Shown here piece by piece: positions 17,862 to 17,906 of a stretch of DNA of 17,906 nt (position 1 is its first letter; each line of letters opens with the position of its first letter). The stretch lies in assembly GCA_049969675.1 (NCBI GenBank), contig JBMFOP010000034.1, forward strand, positions 1-17,906, given 5' to 3'. The notes beneath the pieces were generated by a model. It worked only from the letters and a program-made list of their open reading frames with translations. It made no database searches and had not been told where the DNA came from. A program made the translations under genes and the position numbers. This DNA is from Myxococcota bacterium. GTDB lineage: Bacteria; Myxococcota; SpSt-1050.

Positions 17862-17906
17862 GCCAGAAAGGAGGTGTAAATATATCATTATCTCTTAACA
17901 AATCTG

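Noticed and set aside
17867..17876. 16S rRNA 3' end on the minus strand (CACCTCCTTT)
   Set aside because: Lacks the preceding GGATCA and any other rRNA sequence.

Overview
AT-rich bacterial window with nine well-supported genes: a GH84 O-GlcNAcase-type lipoprotein (-), a triple-GAF HD-GYP phosphodiesterase, a thrombospondin type-3/FG-GAP surface lipoprotein and a PAS histidine kinase (all +, probably one operon), a neutral ceramidase-superfamily lipoprotein (-), ComEC (-), a periplasmic-binding-protein/PAS hybrid kinase (+), and a pyruvoyl arginine decarboxylase-agmatinase operon (-). A 49-aa membrane micro-ORF missed by the ORF track follows the ceramidase-like gene. The most unusual feature is non-coding: a ~70-bp module occurs at both ends of the window in inverted orientation (313-429 and 17790-17861; 43/50 and 19/21 identity). 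Each copy holds an outward-facing TTGATA-N17-TAAGA[T/C] sigma70-like promoter. The left copy points at a 19-codon ORF and a GC-rich repeat-containing stretch cut by the window edge; the right copy points at a perfect Shine-Dalgarno with no canonical start codon. No transposase, recombinase, CRISPR array, tRNA or rRNA was seen. Family calls come from motif recognition by eye, not from database searches.
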